Assembly (NCBI RefSeq): GCF_001194135.2
Contig: NC_068982.1
Coordinates: 170,164,057-170,218,766, forward strand
DNA from: Octopus bimaculoides
Lineage: Eukaryota
Direction: 5' to 3'
DNA: 54,710 nucleotides
Part shown: positions 11,300 through 23,874 of the stretch, piece by piece
Layout of the letters: every line of letters starts with the position of its first letter
How positions within the stretch are numbered: position 1 is the stretch's first letter
Program-made: the position numbers and the translations under genes
The notes under the pieces: generated by a model
What the model was told of the DNA's origin: nothing
Seen by the model: only the letters and a program-made list of their open reading frames with translations
The model's database searches: none

Positions 11300-13825
11300 G
11301 TCTCTACATCTGCCACATAGGGTTCAATATTAATAATTTTAACGTGTCTTACGTAACAAAAAGGAAACTACAACAGTACACCAGATCGCTTGTCCTATGG
11401 TTACTTTGGAAGCGCGTTCCCCAAGAGAAAGCCATCCTGGGGTCGAAAAGTCATCTACTGGCATAAACCTTTCTCTGAAAACGAACCTGGATGGCCACTT
11501 GAACGGGAACTGCCCCAACTCGAGCCCTCCAAGTTCACACCACATCTACCACAGAAAGAAAAATGTAAGAGGATCAAATGGATCCGAGAAGAGTATATAG
11601 AAATAATATTCGACTATTACTATGTATTAGGCAGGCCATCTGAAGAGAAACACACAGCTCTCTCTTATCAAATATGGAGAACACAAAATCAAAATAGCAG
11701 ACTATATTTGGACGAAAAAAAGTTAGCAAATGTTAGGAGGGATATCTTCAGAAATAAAAGACTCACAGATGAAAGACTCACAAGTAACTGCGATCAAGCA
11801 CGCAGCAGAAAATGACCTAAATACAAGACAGAAAGGAAATAAAGAACCAGACGAAGAGAACAACTGTCCACGAGTCTCAGTTGGAAGATTGTTATCTGAC
11901 CAGATCACGCAAACATCGGAAGAAATAAATGGTAATGAACCTAATAAAGATAGCGAGGGAAGTGGTAAAGAAACAATATTACTGAAAAACATAGAGAGAC
12001 TATGATAGAAATGAAATACAAAATCCTAAATAAACTTGCAGTTGTAAGACACGCCAATATACAGGGTAGAGAAGTACTTCATAAACTCTTAAATACAATC
12101 CAAAATAGAAAATTAATTAAAATTAGAAACTATGTAACAAATGAAATTATACCAGAACTAAAACCAGATCTCACTGAATTAAATGAAATTATTTACGCAG
12201 CTGCAAAGACAATCGAAACCAGTTGTATGACTCTGAAAAAAAAAAAAAGAAATAAAGAAATACAGACCTGAAAAGAATTCCAAACTGGAAAAGTAAAACT
12301 GGGAAAGAGATTAAAATAATGAGGGATTAAATATTGAATGAACTAATCTGTGGAAACGATGTAAAATCCAGAAAAGGAAGAAAAACGAAGAGAAAGCAGA
12401 TTCTCACCAAGACAAGAACTGCTTTCAGCAAAAGAAACACTGCAACAAAAAGTCCAAGCAAAAGTTCAAATAATACGAAAATTTGAGAAGTGAAACAAGT
12501 TTTGCAAGTAAAATAAGCTGTTCACATCCAATGCGAACACATTCTACAGAAAAAATAGCGAGGAGAAAATAACCGTTGAAGGCCCCGCTCTTATGAAAGA
12601 AGTTGAAAACATTTGGAAAAATGTCTGGAATAAAGAAAATACAATGAAAATGCAGACCGAATTAGACGCACAGACGGATCCTACCAAAATTTGCCAGAAC
12701 AAGCATGGGGAGACATCACAATTGCAGACCTAAGGATGACACTCACGAAGGCTCATAAGCGGAAATCCCCTGGTAATGATAGGGTGCCAAATTTCTGGCT
12801 CCTACCGCTCTCGTGCGCACACGAGAAGTTAGTCCAGTTATTCAATGAACTCACGAGAGATCCCTCGAAAACACTTGACTGGTTAGCAAGAGGTATTGCT
12901 TACCCACTCCCGAAGAGTAATGAAGCAAAATTTCCCCCAAACTATCGGCCCATAACATCTATCTACCACATACAAAATTTTAACATCCATCCTCGTGCAA
13001 AAAGCATACAAATTTATGGAACAGAGCGATATTTTCCCCACTGAACAAAAAAGGGTACCGACGAGCCTTATATGGATGCAAAGACCAACTCTTAATCAAT
13101 CGCATAATCCTTGAGAACTGTCATAACAAACGCAGGAATCTCAGTTCCGCATGAATTGATTACAAAATGGCTTTTGACAGCATACCGCATTCATGGATCT
13201 TGAAATCACAGGATATCTCGAAATTTCTCCCGTGATTTCAAAGTTCCTGAAGAACAACATATCAGTGTGGAATATAAATGTCCAATTATATCACTCTAAT
13301 GGAGTACAGACCACAAAGAAATATTAATATCATCTGCGGCATTTTCCAAGGTGACTCACTTTCACTTTTAAATTTTTGCATAGCCCTAATACCCCTTACA
13401 AGTGAATTTAAGAGAACAGGGTATGAATATAAAATTGCCGGCAAGAAAATGAGTCATCTATTTTACACGAAGAACCAAAAATTGGCCGATAGGCGGGAAA
13501 AAAATCTCTGCATGTCAAATATGCGGCCGGTAGCAAACAAACTAAAGTGAAGGAGAAGCACACCCATCACTGGTTGCGGAGCTCAGGGCTAAAAGCAGAG
13601 AGTGAAGGCTTTATCATGGTTGCTCAAGATCAGAGCTTATTGACCCGGAACTATCAAGCCAATGGGATGAAATATGGCGTGGATCCAAAGTGCTGATACT
13701 GCAACGATGGGATCACCTAAACTCAGGGTCTAACGTTTTAGCACTTGTAGAATACAAATCAAGACATGACAGAGTGGTCCAATATCTACATTTGGTAATG
13801 TCTTGGCATTATAAAATAAAAGTAA
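11300..13825 (+). mobile_element. R4/Dong-type element F: N-terminal domain, RT and CCHC, internally deleted, 3' truncated
   Basis: KWIREEYIEII...LANVRRDIFRNKRLTDE (R4 N-terminal domain), KSPGNDRVPNFWL...NYRPIT, GCKDQLLINR...IDYKMAFDSIPH and IFQGDSLS...SHLFY; it then jumps to WLRSSGLKAESEGFIMVAQDQSL. Many frameshifts. Confidence 0.93.
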
Positions 13826-14563
13826 TAATTTTTTAAATTTTGATAAAAAGGAAAAATTTCGATGCACTGTGCAAACCATTGATAATATGTATATGTAACT
13901 ACCAAATCATACCCATTTATATGGTTATTTTTAGTTGAAGTACGCTAGTTATACAAATTTACCCACGATGATTTAGTACCAAAAATATTACTGTCAAATG
14001 TAAAAAGAGGAAAGTTTCAGACACATTTTGCACACTATTCTCTCTTCTTTGGAACAAATTATATTCATATTATTTCTAACATTTCTAACAATCCTAGTAT
14101 TACTATGTATTTGTTAACGTTGTAGTCGTTGTGGTAAATGATGTTTTGCTGTCGTTTCAATAAACATCTAGCCTAAAATATTGTTTACTTCATGAAGAAT
14201 AAAACATGAAATAATGCAGCTTTTTTGGAGAAAAAAACTGCAGCAAATTCACTCGATTCATATTTGAATAAAATATTGAATTACTTCATTAATACAATTT
14301 TTCTCAATAGGAATTAACATTTAAACCGGTCAAGGATTTTTTTTCTATGAATTTCACATAAATTATGAATGAAGTATTAGATAACATGCTGATAGATGTT
14401 TTCATTACCGTTAAATCCAGATGAATTCACTTATGTACCTGTAATTTGCATGCATGACGATGAAGCTGTGCCACATGCCTCTCAAACCGATGTATATATA
14501 TATATATATATTGTATGTATATATGTAGGTATATCTGCATGTGTGTTTGTATATATGCATATA

Positions 14564-15107
14564 CAGTAATGCCTTGTTATTCGAGTTAATTTCTTCTCAG
14601 AGAACATTCGTAAAGTGAAAACTCGGAAAGCAGAGCAGTAATTTCCTATAGGAGAATCGTAATTCGTTCCCAGAAAAATACTTTACCTATAAAATTTATA
14701 ATACCCTATAAAATTCATAATATTTGTAGATAAAACGGCAATGAAACAACTGTAGAATGTAAAGAATATTTTATATAAAGTAAAAAGTATGTCAAGATCA
14801 TTTATAATAAAAAAATATTATTATTATAATCCCTTTCTGAGTCACTTTCACTTGCACTAGACTCGCGCGCACCTTCACTTGTAGATGCGATCGTCAATTC
14901 ACAAGCACTCGTAGACGGACTTGAAGATTTCTTTTTAAAAGGCTATCTAGAGTTGTTTGCTTAGAAATTTTTTTCGCTCTCTATATATTTCTCGGTAATA
15001 CGCAGAAACATTTGCTATGGTAATAGATACTTTTGCCCTTTGCTTGAAAAATAAAACTCGTAAACCCGGGTCTCGTAAAATGGACCCTCGTAAAGTGAAG
15101 CATTACG
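14564..15107 (-). mobile_element. pogo/Tigger-like non-autonomous DNA transposon
   Basis: TA|CAGTAATGCC...TTCGAG at the left and an imperfect inverted CTCGTAAAGTGAAGCATTACG|TA at the right, with subterminal CTCGTAAA repeats. A minus-strand TLDS(F)FKKK-like pogo C-terminal remnant lies near 14.94 kb. Confidence 0.6.
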
Positions 15108-15269
15108 TATATGTATATACGTGCGTATGTTAAGAACACTTTATAAAATACATATGTAAGCATTGTGTACATGGTTACCAACTTATGCTCCTTTAACCTC
15201 TCTCAGTAGCCCATGTGTTTTACTGTGTAGTGGCGCAGGATCGTCTCTAGTTCCGAAATTAGTCTTAAG

Positions 15270-15530
15270 TTCTGCGATTACCACAGTTGGAAGCAGTTGG
15301 AAGCAGTTGTCCAGACGACTGAGGACAAAGGTTCTCCAAAGAATGGTTTCTCTGTTCCTGGTCCTGAACGATCTCAGGGTTCAACCTGCCACTCGCCTGC
15401 ATAATGTTGCCATGTGACCAATGTGCACATGGAAATTTTCCTCGTTACTCATGTGGATTCCCAAGTCGCACACTGACTCTAACTCTGGGATTACATTGCC
15501 CGCTGGTCCCGTGTACTTCAGTTGTAGTCT
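15270..15530 (-). mobile_element. CR1/L2-type LINE RT fragment
   Basis: KYTGPAGNVIPELESVCDLGIHMS...TLRSFRTRNRE...WRTFVLSRLDNC...IAEL (RT domain 7 and thumb start). Confidence 0.85.
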
Positions 15531-15537
15531 GTTTGTT

Positions 15538-15599
<62 letters not shown>

Positions 15600-15603
<4 letters not shown>

Positions 15604-15775
15604 ATGCGTTTTTTCGCTTTATCTCCATCTTTTAAACTCTCAATCCTTTCTATAAAAGTGCGTAAGTTCGAAACGTCAAAGACTTTTCCATTCTTCTCGA
15701 GCGTTAAACTAATACACTTGCTTAGGTTTCCTTCACCTGTCTTCGTCTTTTGTTTTCTGTAAACTTGAACTATAT
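15600..15775 (+). mobile_element. Penelope-like pLTR 3' end (family 2) with degenerate hammerhead at 15646-15681
   Basis: CTTT-CTATAAAA-GTGC-GTAA-GTTC-GAA-ACGT-C-AAAG, then GAGCGTTAAACTAATACA...GTCTTCGTCTTTTG; homologous to 19881-20055. Confidence 0.7.
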
Positions 15776-15802
15776 GTATATATGTATGAATTTATGTATG
15801 TA

Positions 15803-15833
<31 letters not shown>

Positions 15834-15966
15834 ATGTATGTATATATGTATGAATTTATGTATGTATGTGTGTGTGTATGCAAGCATGCATGCATGTATG
15901 TATGTATGCATGTATGTATGTATGTATGTATGTATGTATGTATGTATGTATGTATGTATGTATGTA
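15775..15966. repeat. (TATG)n/(TG)n compound microsatellite
   Basis: Directly visible. Confidence 0.95.
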
Positions 15967-17436
15967 TAAAGATATAGATAAATTTAGATAAATTGATAGA
16001 TTGGGATAAACTCAGAGATACATAGATGGATGGAAAGAAATATATCAGACTTTGACAAATTGCAGACTGTAAGATTAGTGGTTTAATAGTTATTCGAACC
16101 AGTTCCTTACGACACTGTGATAAGATAGATTATATTTCATGAATTCCATTTCTCTTCATTTCTCTGTTTAATAAGGAGGTATTTCTACAGATAGCAGGAA
16201 TGACGTACATGCAAATAAGTCAACCGAAATTTAATCAGTAATTGCAAATCTTGGGTTTTCGAAAGCTTACAACTATGTTGCAAATATCGCTCTCCCATTC
16301 ACTCTATAATTATATGTTACGAGTAGCGTAATAAATAACCAGTTTATACAGCTCCTTATTATTATGCGGCACTTTGTAAATAGTACCATCATGATTGCAG
16401 GTGAAACTAGGTCTTGTAAGCATCTAATAAGCAACTGCATGATCAGAATTTGTTACTGTAAAAGATTTTTCTTTCCTTTTCATTTTTTTGTGAAGTTGCA
16501 CGTCCATTTTCGTTTTCTTTTTTAAATATAACTGATGTCACGATATAAATTAGTTACCATCAGTTTAACCTTCAATCAACAGGTAGTGATGGCGAAACAT
16601 TTGAACCGTTGCTCTTCGAAATTTTATATTATTTATGTATTTACTTATTTAATCAAATTTCTTTGCTGTTGATTGATCAAGTAGTTTCTTGTTTCGTTTT
16701 CTACATAAATAATATCACCAAAAAACAAATAACAGACAATAACAACACCAAGACAATACTTTCTCTATTGACCGCAGAGGCTTAATCATTTGATATAGAG
16801 CATGTCATGGGGAAGGGTTATGAAAATTGATTTGGATACAGATATATGATAAACCAGGAGTGGAAGATGAAACATAATAAGTCATAGAAAAGTGAAAACA
16901 AAATGCTCCGACTTACGAAAGGGAAGCAACCGAAAGTAAATTGGTGGCAAATTAAATTCTGCTCCATGAATTCTTTATCATATTTCGAGTACGATAAGAA
17001 TTCTTTGAATTCCAATCTCGCATCGTTGATTCAAATCATAACAGTCTTTTATGTCCCCTGATAAGTCTTTTATGAGTTGAGAAATTGTCGGTGTCGGTGC
17101 CTTAGGAGACAGTTGCATTTGTTTCCCCATGCAGCACAGACTTCGTTTTCTTTTTAACTTTTTCAGCAGTTCGTTTAGCCTCTGGTCATTCGTTCTAGGA
17201 AGCAATACAGTGTGCTCAGGTATTGTCGGTAAAAGAAAGCATTTGGATGTTAGCCATATGTACGGATTTAAAGTGTCAGAAAAGTGGTGTGGAGGTGAGC
17301 CAGAAGTGTAGAAGATGCGTGAGTGTTACAGATTTTACGGGAATTGTCCATATAGGCAGTTCATATAATTTAAAAACATTTGATCGTAGTGGACAGAAAA
17401 AGAAATACAGAGTAAATTAATTAATTTGCAACAAAT

Positions 17437-17675
17437 CTTTTATCGTTTAATTGCTTCAGTCATTAGACTCTGGCTATGGTGGGGCACGCCTTGAGCAATT
17501 CTTTTAGCCGAATGAATCGAATCCAGTACTTATTTTTTGTTAAGCCTGGTACTTCCTCTATCAGTCTCTCTTACCGAACTGCTACGTTACGGGGGCGGAA
17601 ACACACCATCAGTTGTCAAGTGGTGGTGGGGGATAAACACAGACACACACACAAAATTAAACGCACACGGATATA

Positions 17676-17707
<32 letters not shown>

Positions 17708-18108
17708 NNNNNNNNNNNNNNNNNNNNNNNNNNNNNNNNNNNNNNNNNNNNNNNNNNNNNNNNNNNNNNNNNNNNNNNNNNNNNNNNNNNNNNNNNNNNN
17801 NNNNNNNNNNNNNNNNNNNNNNNNNNNNNNNNNNNNNNNNNNNNNNNNNNNNNNNNNNNNNNNNNNNNNNNNNNNNNNNNNNNNNNNNNNNNNNNNNNNN
17901 NNNNNNNNNNNNNNNNNNNNNNNNNNNNNNNNNNNNNNNNNNNNNNNNNNNNNNNNNNNNNNNNNNNNNNNNNNNNNNNNNNNNNNNNNNNNNNNNNNNN
18001 NNNNNNNNNNNNNNNNNNNNNNNNNNNNNNNNNNNNNNNNNNNNNNNNNNNNNNNNNNNNNNNGAATCTGTAACCATGTGGTTGCAACGCAGGTTTCTTA
18101 CCATGTAA
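17437..18108 (-). mobile_element. SINE family A spanning the assembly gap
   Basis: The 3' body (TTCAGTCATT...GAACTGCTACGTTACGGGG...GTTGTCAAG) precedes the gap and the tRNA-head remnant (AACCATGTGGTTG...CTTACCA) follows it, in the expected order. Confidence 0.8.
17708..18063. other. Assembly gap (N). Other gaps: 28883-28968, 32291-32360, 45033-45508, 52814-52823, 53662-53671
   Basis: Runs of N, mostly adjoining (TA)n. Confidence 0.99.
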
Positions 18109-18111
18109 CCT

Positions 18112-18410
18112 CTCAGGGCGCATATATTAAGAAATCGAATATCAAAGATCAAGATTTAGAAAAAAAATCGAAAAATATCAGGAGCTTACCAAAGAGAGGA
18201 AGGAACTGTGGAACACAAAGGTAAAGAGATTGACGAACTTGGTTCAACACCGAAACTACTACAAAAATCTCTGTGGTAATCTTACTATAATGGGCGTGAT
18301 GTCCTCTGTCTGCCTCTATCCTCTTCACGGTCAAACGGGTAGACCAATGGTCACGATGTTTTTCGGGATTACGAAGGAGGTGCCCAGGAAGGTTTTAGGC
18401 GAAAAAAGTA
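18112..18410 (+). mobile_element. R4/Dong-type fragment I (RLE C-terminus)
   Basis: SNIKDQDLEK..EKYQELTKERKELWNTKVK and TMFFGITKEVPRKVLG resemble the R4 C-terminal motifs EKYQDL..E..RLW and LLGTARILRKVL. Confidence 0.6.
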
Positions 18411-18734
18411 TTATTATTTAGTGGGTATCGAGTTTTGAATCAATAACTGACCTTTGACTTCTTTTTGTTAAAATTCCGGCGACGAGGATTAACTAAGCAG
18501 ATTGTGTCACAAGAAATACCTAATTAGATTGGAGAGTCGGCTCTTTTGCTTACTTGTGAAGATACGCCTCACAGTAGTAACTCTGCCTACTGCCAATATC
18601 TATCGTGAGGGGTCTTGGAATGCAGTGAGCGATTTTGCGCCGATTACCACAAAATACACTGCCAAAACTATTGAACGATTCGAGGTTAATAAAAAATAGA
18701 ATATTTGAGTTATAATGCATCAAATAAGACTATT

Positions 18735-18760
18735 GCATAATAATAATAATAATAATAATG

Positions 18761-18837
<77 letters not shown>

Positions 18838-18920
18838 AACAACAACGATGGTGACGATGATGATGATGGTGGTGGTGGTGGTGAGCACGATAATGATACT
18901 GGAAATGATAATAATATTGA
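18735..18920. repeat. (AAT)n(GAT)n(GGT)n compound microsatellite
   Basis: Directly visible. Confidence 0.95.
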
Positions 18921-19770
18921 TGGTGATAACGGATTTTTTTTCATCTGTTTCATCTATTAGTGATCATCTTTATTTCTAATCTCTGGTACAATTGAGAAGG
19001 CGGCATTTTTGGAGAGTAACAATAATGATTATATAAATTAATCACGGAAGGAGTCAGTATAAGAATAGAAAAAGATAATTGATTTTGCCAGGTATCCTTC
19101 CTTCATTTTACTTCCTCAATTTTTTTCGTCTTCCTTTCACTTTTATTGTTAATTTTCTATGCTTTTTCTTATTAGTGTGATTAACATTTGTGCTCTTACA
19201 GTAGTAGTAGTAGTAGTTATAGCTGATGTTATTGTTGTTATTGATGATATTGTTATCATATCTGCCGTTCATGCAATTTTGACATGATTTATCAAAGTAT
19301 GTAATTCTAAAGAAGTTATTCTTCCTATTGCTTTCAATTTTGCCATGAAAAGTCATGAAATACCAAAATATTTCATTAAACAATAGAAAGGAAATGCATA
19401 CCAAAAATATCATCTCCCAATGCCCATACAGTAGAACATCTACCCAACAAAACTTCTACCTTATATTCCCCGTTATCCTTTAAAAAGTTATCGCTAGAAA
19501 AATATATAGTACCTACAAAAGAGTTGTTACATAGTTTTCATTTTATTCTTGATTATTGTTTTGTGCACCACTAGTGTTTTGTTGAATAATAACTAAATTT
19601 TAAGGATAATTCCATTATTAAGCATCAAATATATTTTAGTTATCCAACTTCTGAGAACTGTCGCGTTCGGAAATCAATTAGACCTACAGCGAAATAGGAA
19701 TTATTTTAATACCCTGTTGAGATTTTATACCAGCAGGATTTTCTATTAAATTATATGTGTGTGTGTCTGT

Positions 19771-20055
<285 letters not shown>

Positions 20056-20352
20056 ATATATATACACATACATATGTATGTGTGTGTGCGTGTGTGTGTG
20101 TGTAACCTTAAATGTATTTCAGATATTGAAATATTAATTTAGGCTTCTAGGTGACAGAGTAATGGTTAGATAAGCAAAAACACTTCTAATTTAAGTAAGG
20201 AGCTACGTACACAAATAAATGAAATTAAATAGAAACAGCAAACATTTCAAAAGCTCTGTGTATATTCAATTACTATAAAAAAAAAGTATATCTGAAAATG
20301 ATGGAAGGATTTCCTGGATTTAAATGGTGATTTGATTCCATGTAGAGTATGT

Positions 20353-20357
<5 letters not shown>

Positions 20358-20418
<61 letters not shown>

Positions 20419-20697
20419 GTCATCGTTTAACGTCTGTTTTCCATGCTAGCATGGGTTTGACGGTTTCACTTGGGTCTGGGAAGTCAGGAGGCTGCAACAG
20501 GCTCCAGTCAGATCTGGCAGTGTTTCTACTGCTGAATGCCGTTCCTAACGCCAACCACTCCGTGAGTATAGCGGGTGCTTTTTACGTGCCACCGGTACAG
20601 AGGCCAGAGGAGGCTGACAACGGCCACGGTCGGTAGGAGTTTTTTACGTGCCACCAGTCAAGGCGGCGCTGGCATCGGCCACGTTCGGATGGTGCTT
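20358..20697 (-). mobile_element. RTE-related non-autonomous/SINE-like element (Ceph-domain-like body) with (GAT)n tail
   Basis: The minus strand has GGAGTGGTTGGCGTTAGGAACGGCATTCAGC and ends CCCATGCTAGCATGGAAAACAGACGTTAAACGATGACGATGATG. Family assignment is from memory. Confidence 0.7.
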
Positions 20698-21078
20698 TGA
20701 CATGAGGGGATCCAGTTTTATTATTGAAGATACCTACATCCACTCCATGCAGGTCTCTATGATATTGTGGAAGGATACTGAAGAGCTGTGGGCTCTTGAA
20801 ACCCAAGATGCTGCAGTATCTGGTCCTGTATATTGATGGTGATGCTGGGATCTTTGGCACCTTGCAGTAGAGCCCCGTTTTGCTATTTGTGTAACTTTCA
20901 ATGTCAAAGTTTGGCACAACGCCTTCCAGGATTTTCCAAATGCATATCACTGCATATCTTTCCCACCTTCGTTCTAGGGAGAAGAGATTTAACTCTTTCA
21001 GTCTTTCCCAGTAGCTGATATGTTGCATTGACACGATTCTCTTTGTGTAGCTTCGCTGGATTGCTTCGAGTTTCTAAA
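20698..21078 (-). mobile_element. CR1/L2-type LINE thumb/C-terminal fragment
   Basis: LEAIQRSYTKRIVSMQHISYWERLKELNLFSLERRWERYAVICIWKILEGVVPN. Confidence 0.9.
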
Positions 21079-21862
21079 ATGTTTTCTTACCCTGCTATTA
21101 TTAATTATTGGTAATTTTTGGTAAATGTTCGAAGTAACGCCGGCGTTATTTTATTTGCTGCCGACAAAAAACTGCGCTTGCGCGGTGGATTTGAAAAATT
21201 ATAATATATAAGCACAAGGCACATGCTGGATTGCCTCGTGTTTATACGTTTAATCTTGGCGTAGCTGTTGATCAAGACTCCGCCTAGCAAATTATTTTAT
21301 TTGCTAATATAGAGTCAGAAATCATGGTCCAGGAGATAGATGGTAAATGTTTTTATTTTTCATTCCTTTCGAAATTTATCCCTAATAGTGGTTTGAATTT
21401 TGGCTATTCTTCCTAGAGCGCCAGGTATCCTATGATGGTTACCTCTTATGAGTTTAAATGTACACTGTATTTATATGAATAATATATAGTCTATTGACTA
21501 ATTTTTCTACACGCTAGGCCACTGGTAGTACAAAATTTCTAAAATTTTTTCTTACCCGCATATATTTATATATATGTATATTAATGTGCGTTTGTGTGTA
21601 TGAATGTGTGTGTAATTCAGGGTACATATAAATATCTTTCCTTTAACTTTAAAGTTGAAAGTGAATCCGTCAGTGTAAAGCAGCTGTTATAATTGAAACA
21701 AAACCGAAATGTTCTAACACTCTATTTAAGATCTACAGTATATAAAAGAAAAATCAAGCAAAACGAATCGCCCCGTACCTAAACGAGAACGGTAGCTATC
21801 GATATTTCGAGTAAACTCGAGTTTCCCTCGACACGAATTCAAATCGCTGGTCTGAGGTATAT

Positions 21863-21975
21863 GCAAATAGCGTAAAGTCTATCTGCCGATGTGCAGCGAA
21901 GCCGCACTGGTAAAACAATATTAAATTCTGGAGCGGCGCCGTTGCACATCAGCAGATAGATTTTACGCTATTTGC
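21863..21975. repeat. Inverted repeat (36-bp arms, 33/36 match)
   Basis: Arms 21863-21898 and 21940-21975; inner GCCGC/GCGGC extends the stem. Confidence 0.9.
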
Positions 21976-22024
21976 TTACACTTTTATTTAAAACTTAATT
22001 GCTATGAACTTTGCAGCCAAAACG

Positions 22025-22098
<74 letters not shown>

Positions 22099-23222
22099 GT
22101 ATATATGTGTGTTTGCATAGAAACGCACAAACATGTACACGCAAACACACACACACACATACACACGAATACTGACATGTACTATGTAGCCGTCCATCGA
22201 GGAAATAACTGTAGAAATAAAGAGCTGATATAGCGTTCAGGAAAGCGAGTTTCTCTCTGTGAACTCGATCGCTTCATGTTTCGAAATTCAGACGCGGATT
22301 TTTGTTTCTAAAAAATCATGTTGTTCTAGATATGTGATATATATGGGTGTGCAACACGTATGATAAAGCTGAATCTAACATTTCCAACCAAAGGATTTTC
22401 TTAAACCATTATTCTATTCGTTATGTTATACCATACCGTTACAAACATTTAAAAAAAAATCTAAAGTATAACCTACAACCTGCCTACTCACAAAAATATA
22501 AATGCACAGTAATATAGGCCTCATAGAAAATGAGAACAAACACAAAACAAAGATACACAAAAAATACTTGCTTTGAGCAAACATCGATTGAAGTTTTTTT
22601 CTTTATGTATAATTACATAAAATAAATAGCTTCAAAGAGTGGAAAAAAGATTTTATGGCTGTAGGTAATCGTCTGTTAAATGCTTTTCTCTGGTATAATT
22701 TCTTTAAAAACAAATACATTCAAAAGTAGAATAGGACAGTCAAAACTTTAGGCACAAACGTATCGTTGAAAATCTGTTCTGTCGCTAACGATGAGAAGCC
22801 TGTTGCAGTAAACTGGATACACAATTGTACTTTTACTTCTCTATATATCCATTACATAAATACATACACATACGTTCACATCCATAATATAAGTGGATAT
22901 TTTACAAATGTTCTTTTCCTAACTCTCGGTTTGTGTGTATCTCTGTATGTATGTATCTATGTTTGTATGTATGTATGTATGTATGTATGTATGTATTTAT
23001 GTATGTATTTAAACAGAAGACATGATAACAAATGGAGAATTAATAACCCATCCTTCATAATATCTTGATTATATACTCAAAATTTACCTATCGAATTAAC
23101 TACTATTTAATTGTTTATCTTAACAATACTAAGTGATCGATGTGCGTAGCCAGATCTGGTATCTACGTGAATTTCAAGTCCCTATTGTTTATATATATAT
23201 ATAATACATAATAAAACGGAAG

Positions 23223-23253
<31 letters not shown>

Positions 23254-23488
23254 CCTTTTTCTTGATCTCCCTTAAAATCAATATTTTTCATCCGATTTCG
23301 TTCCCACAGGGAACATACATTACTTATGTTCCAGAGATGGTCATAAAGTCTTCAAATTTTCCACATAATGAGTAATTCTGCCCCTAGGAGAGGAAAACAC
23401 CTTCTCATAGCTAAATAACAAATACCAATGATCGTTGCTTCAAGGGACATTACAAGTTATGCTACTTTCACTTCGTCTTCTACTACAC

Positions 23489-23710
23489 TTTTTACAACGC
23501 CCATTCACTGCAAACCACCGATATTTGTACATTAGCACTTCCTTGAGGTAGCCATGCAACTTAAATCAACTTCTAATTATTTTTTTAATGCCTTCAGAGA
23601 TTAATCCATATTATATATATTCTTTGCTTTTACTCAAGCAAAGCTGTAACAATAATACAGTTTTTACAATGCCCATTCACTGCAAACTGCCGATATTTGC
23701 ACATTAGCAC
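23489..23710. repeat. 50-bp direct repeat pair (46/50), period 172 bp
   Basis: 23489-23538 and 23661-23710. Confidence 0.9.
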
Positions 23711-23874
23711 AGGGCTGTTCTTGCAACTACAAATACAGCTGTGACCAATCTTAACTATGACTTACTCAGTAAACTTCCTTCTCAAGAACGTTGTTACAGA
23801 TCAGTTGACACCGTTACCGACCTCGATCAGATTGTTCGTTCTAACAAAATTTGTCATCTCCCACCCCATGAAGT

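Noticed and set aside
17476-18224. Long ORFs containing X runs (also near 28.8, 32.1, 45.0, 52.8 and 53.4-54.0 kb)
   Set aside because: Open only because of N gaps and dinucleotide or tetranucleotide repeats.
21135-21148. 14-bp perfect palindrome TAACGCCGGCGTTA (a similar one, TTACGCATGCGTAA, lies near 46.5 kb)
   Set aside because: Isolated short palindromes with no supporting context; cannot be called regulatory sites from sequence alone.
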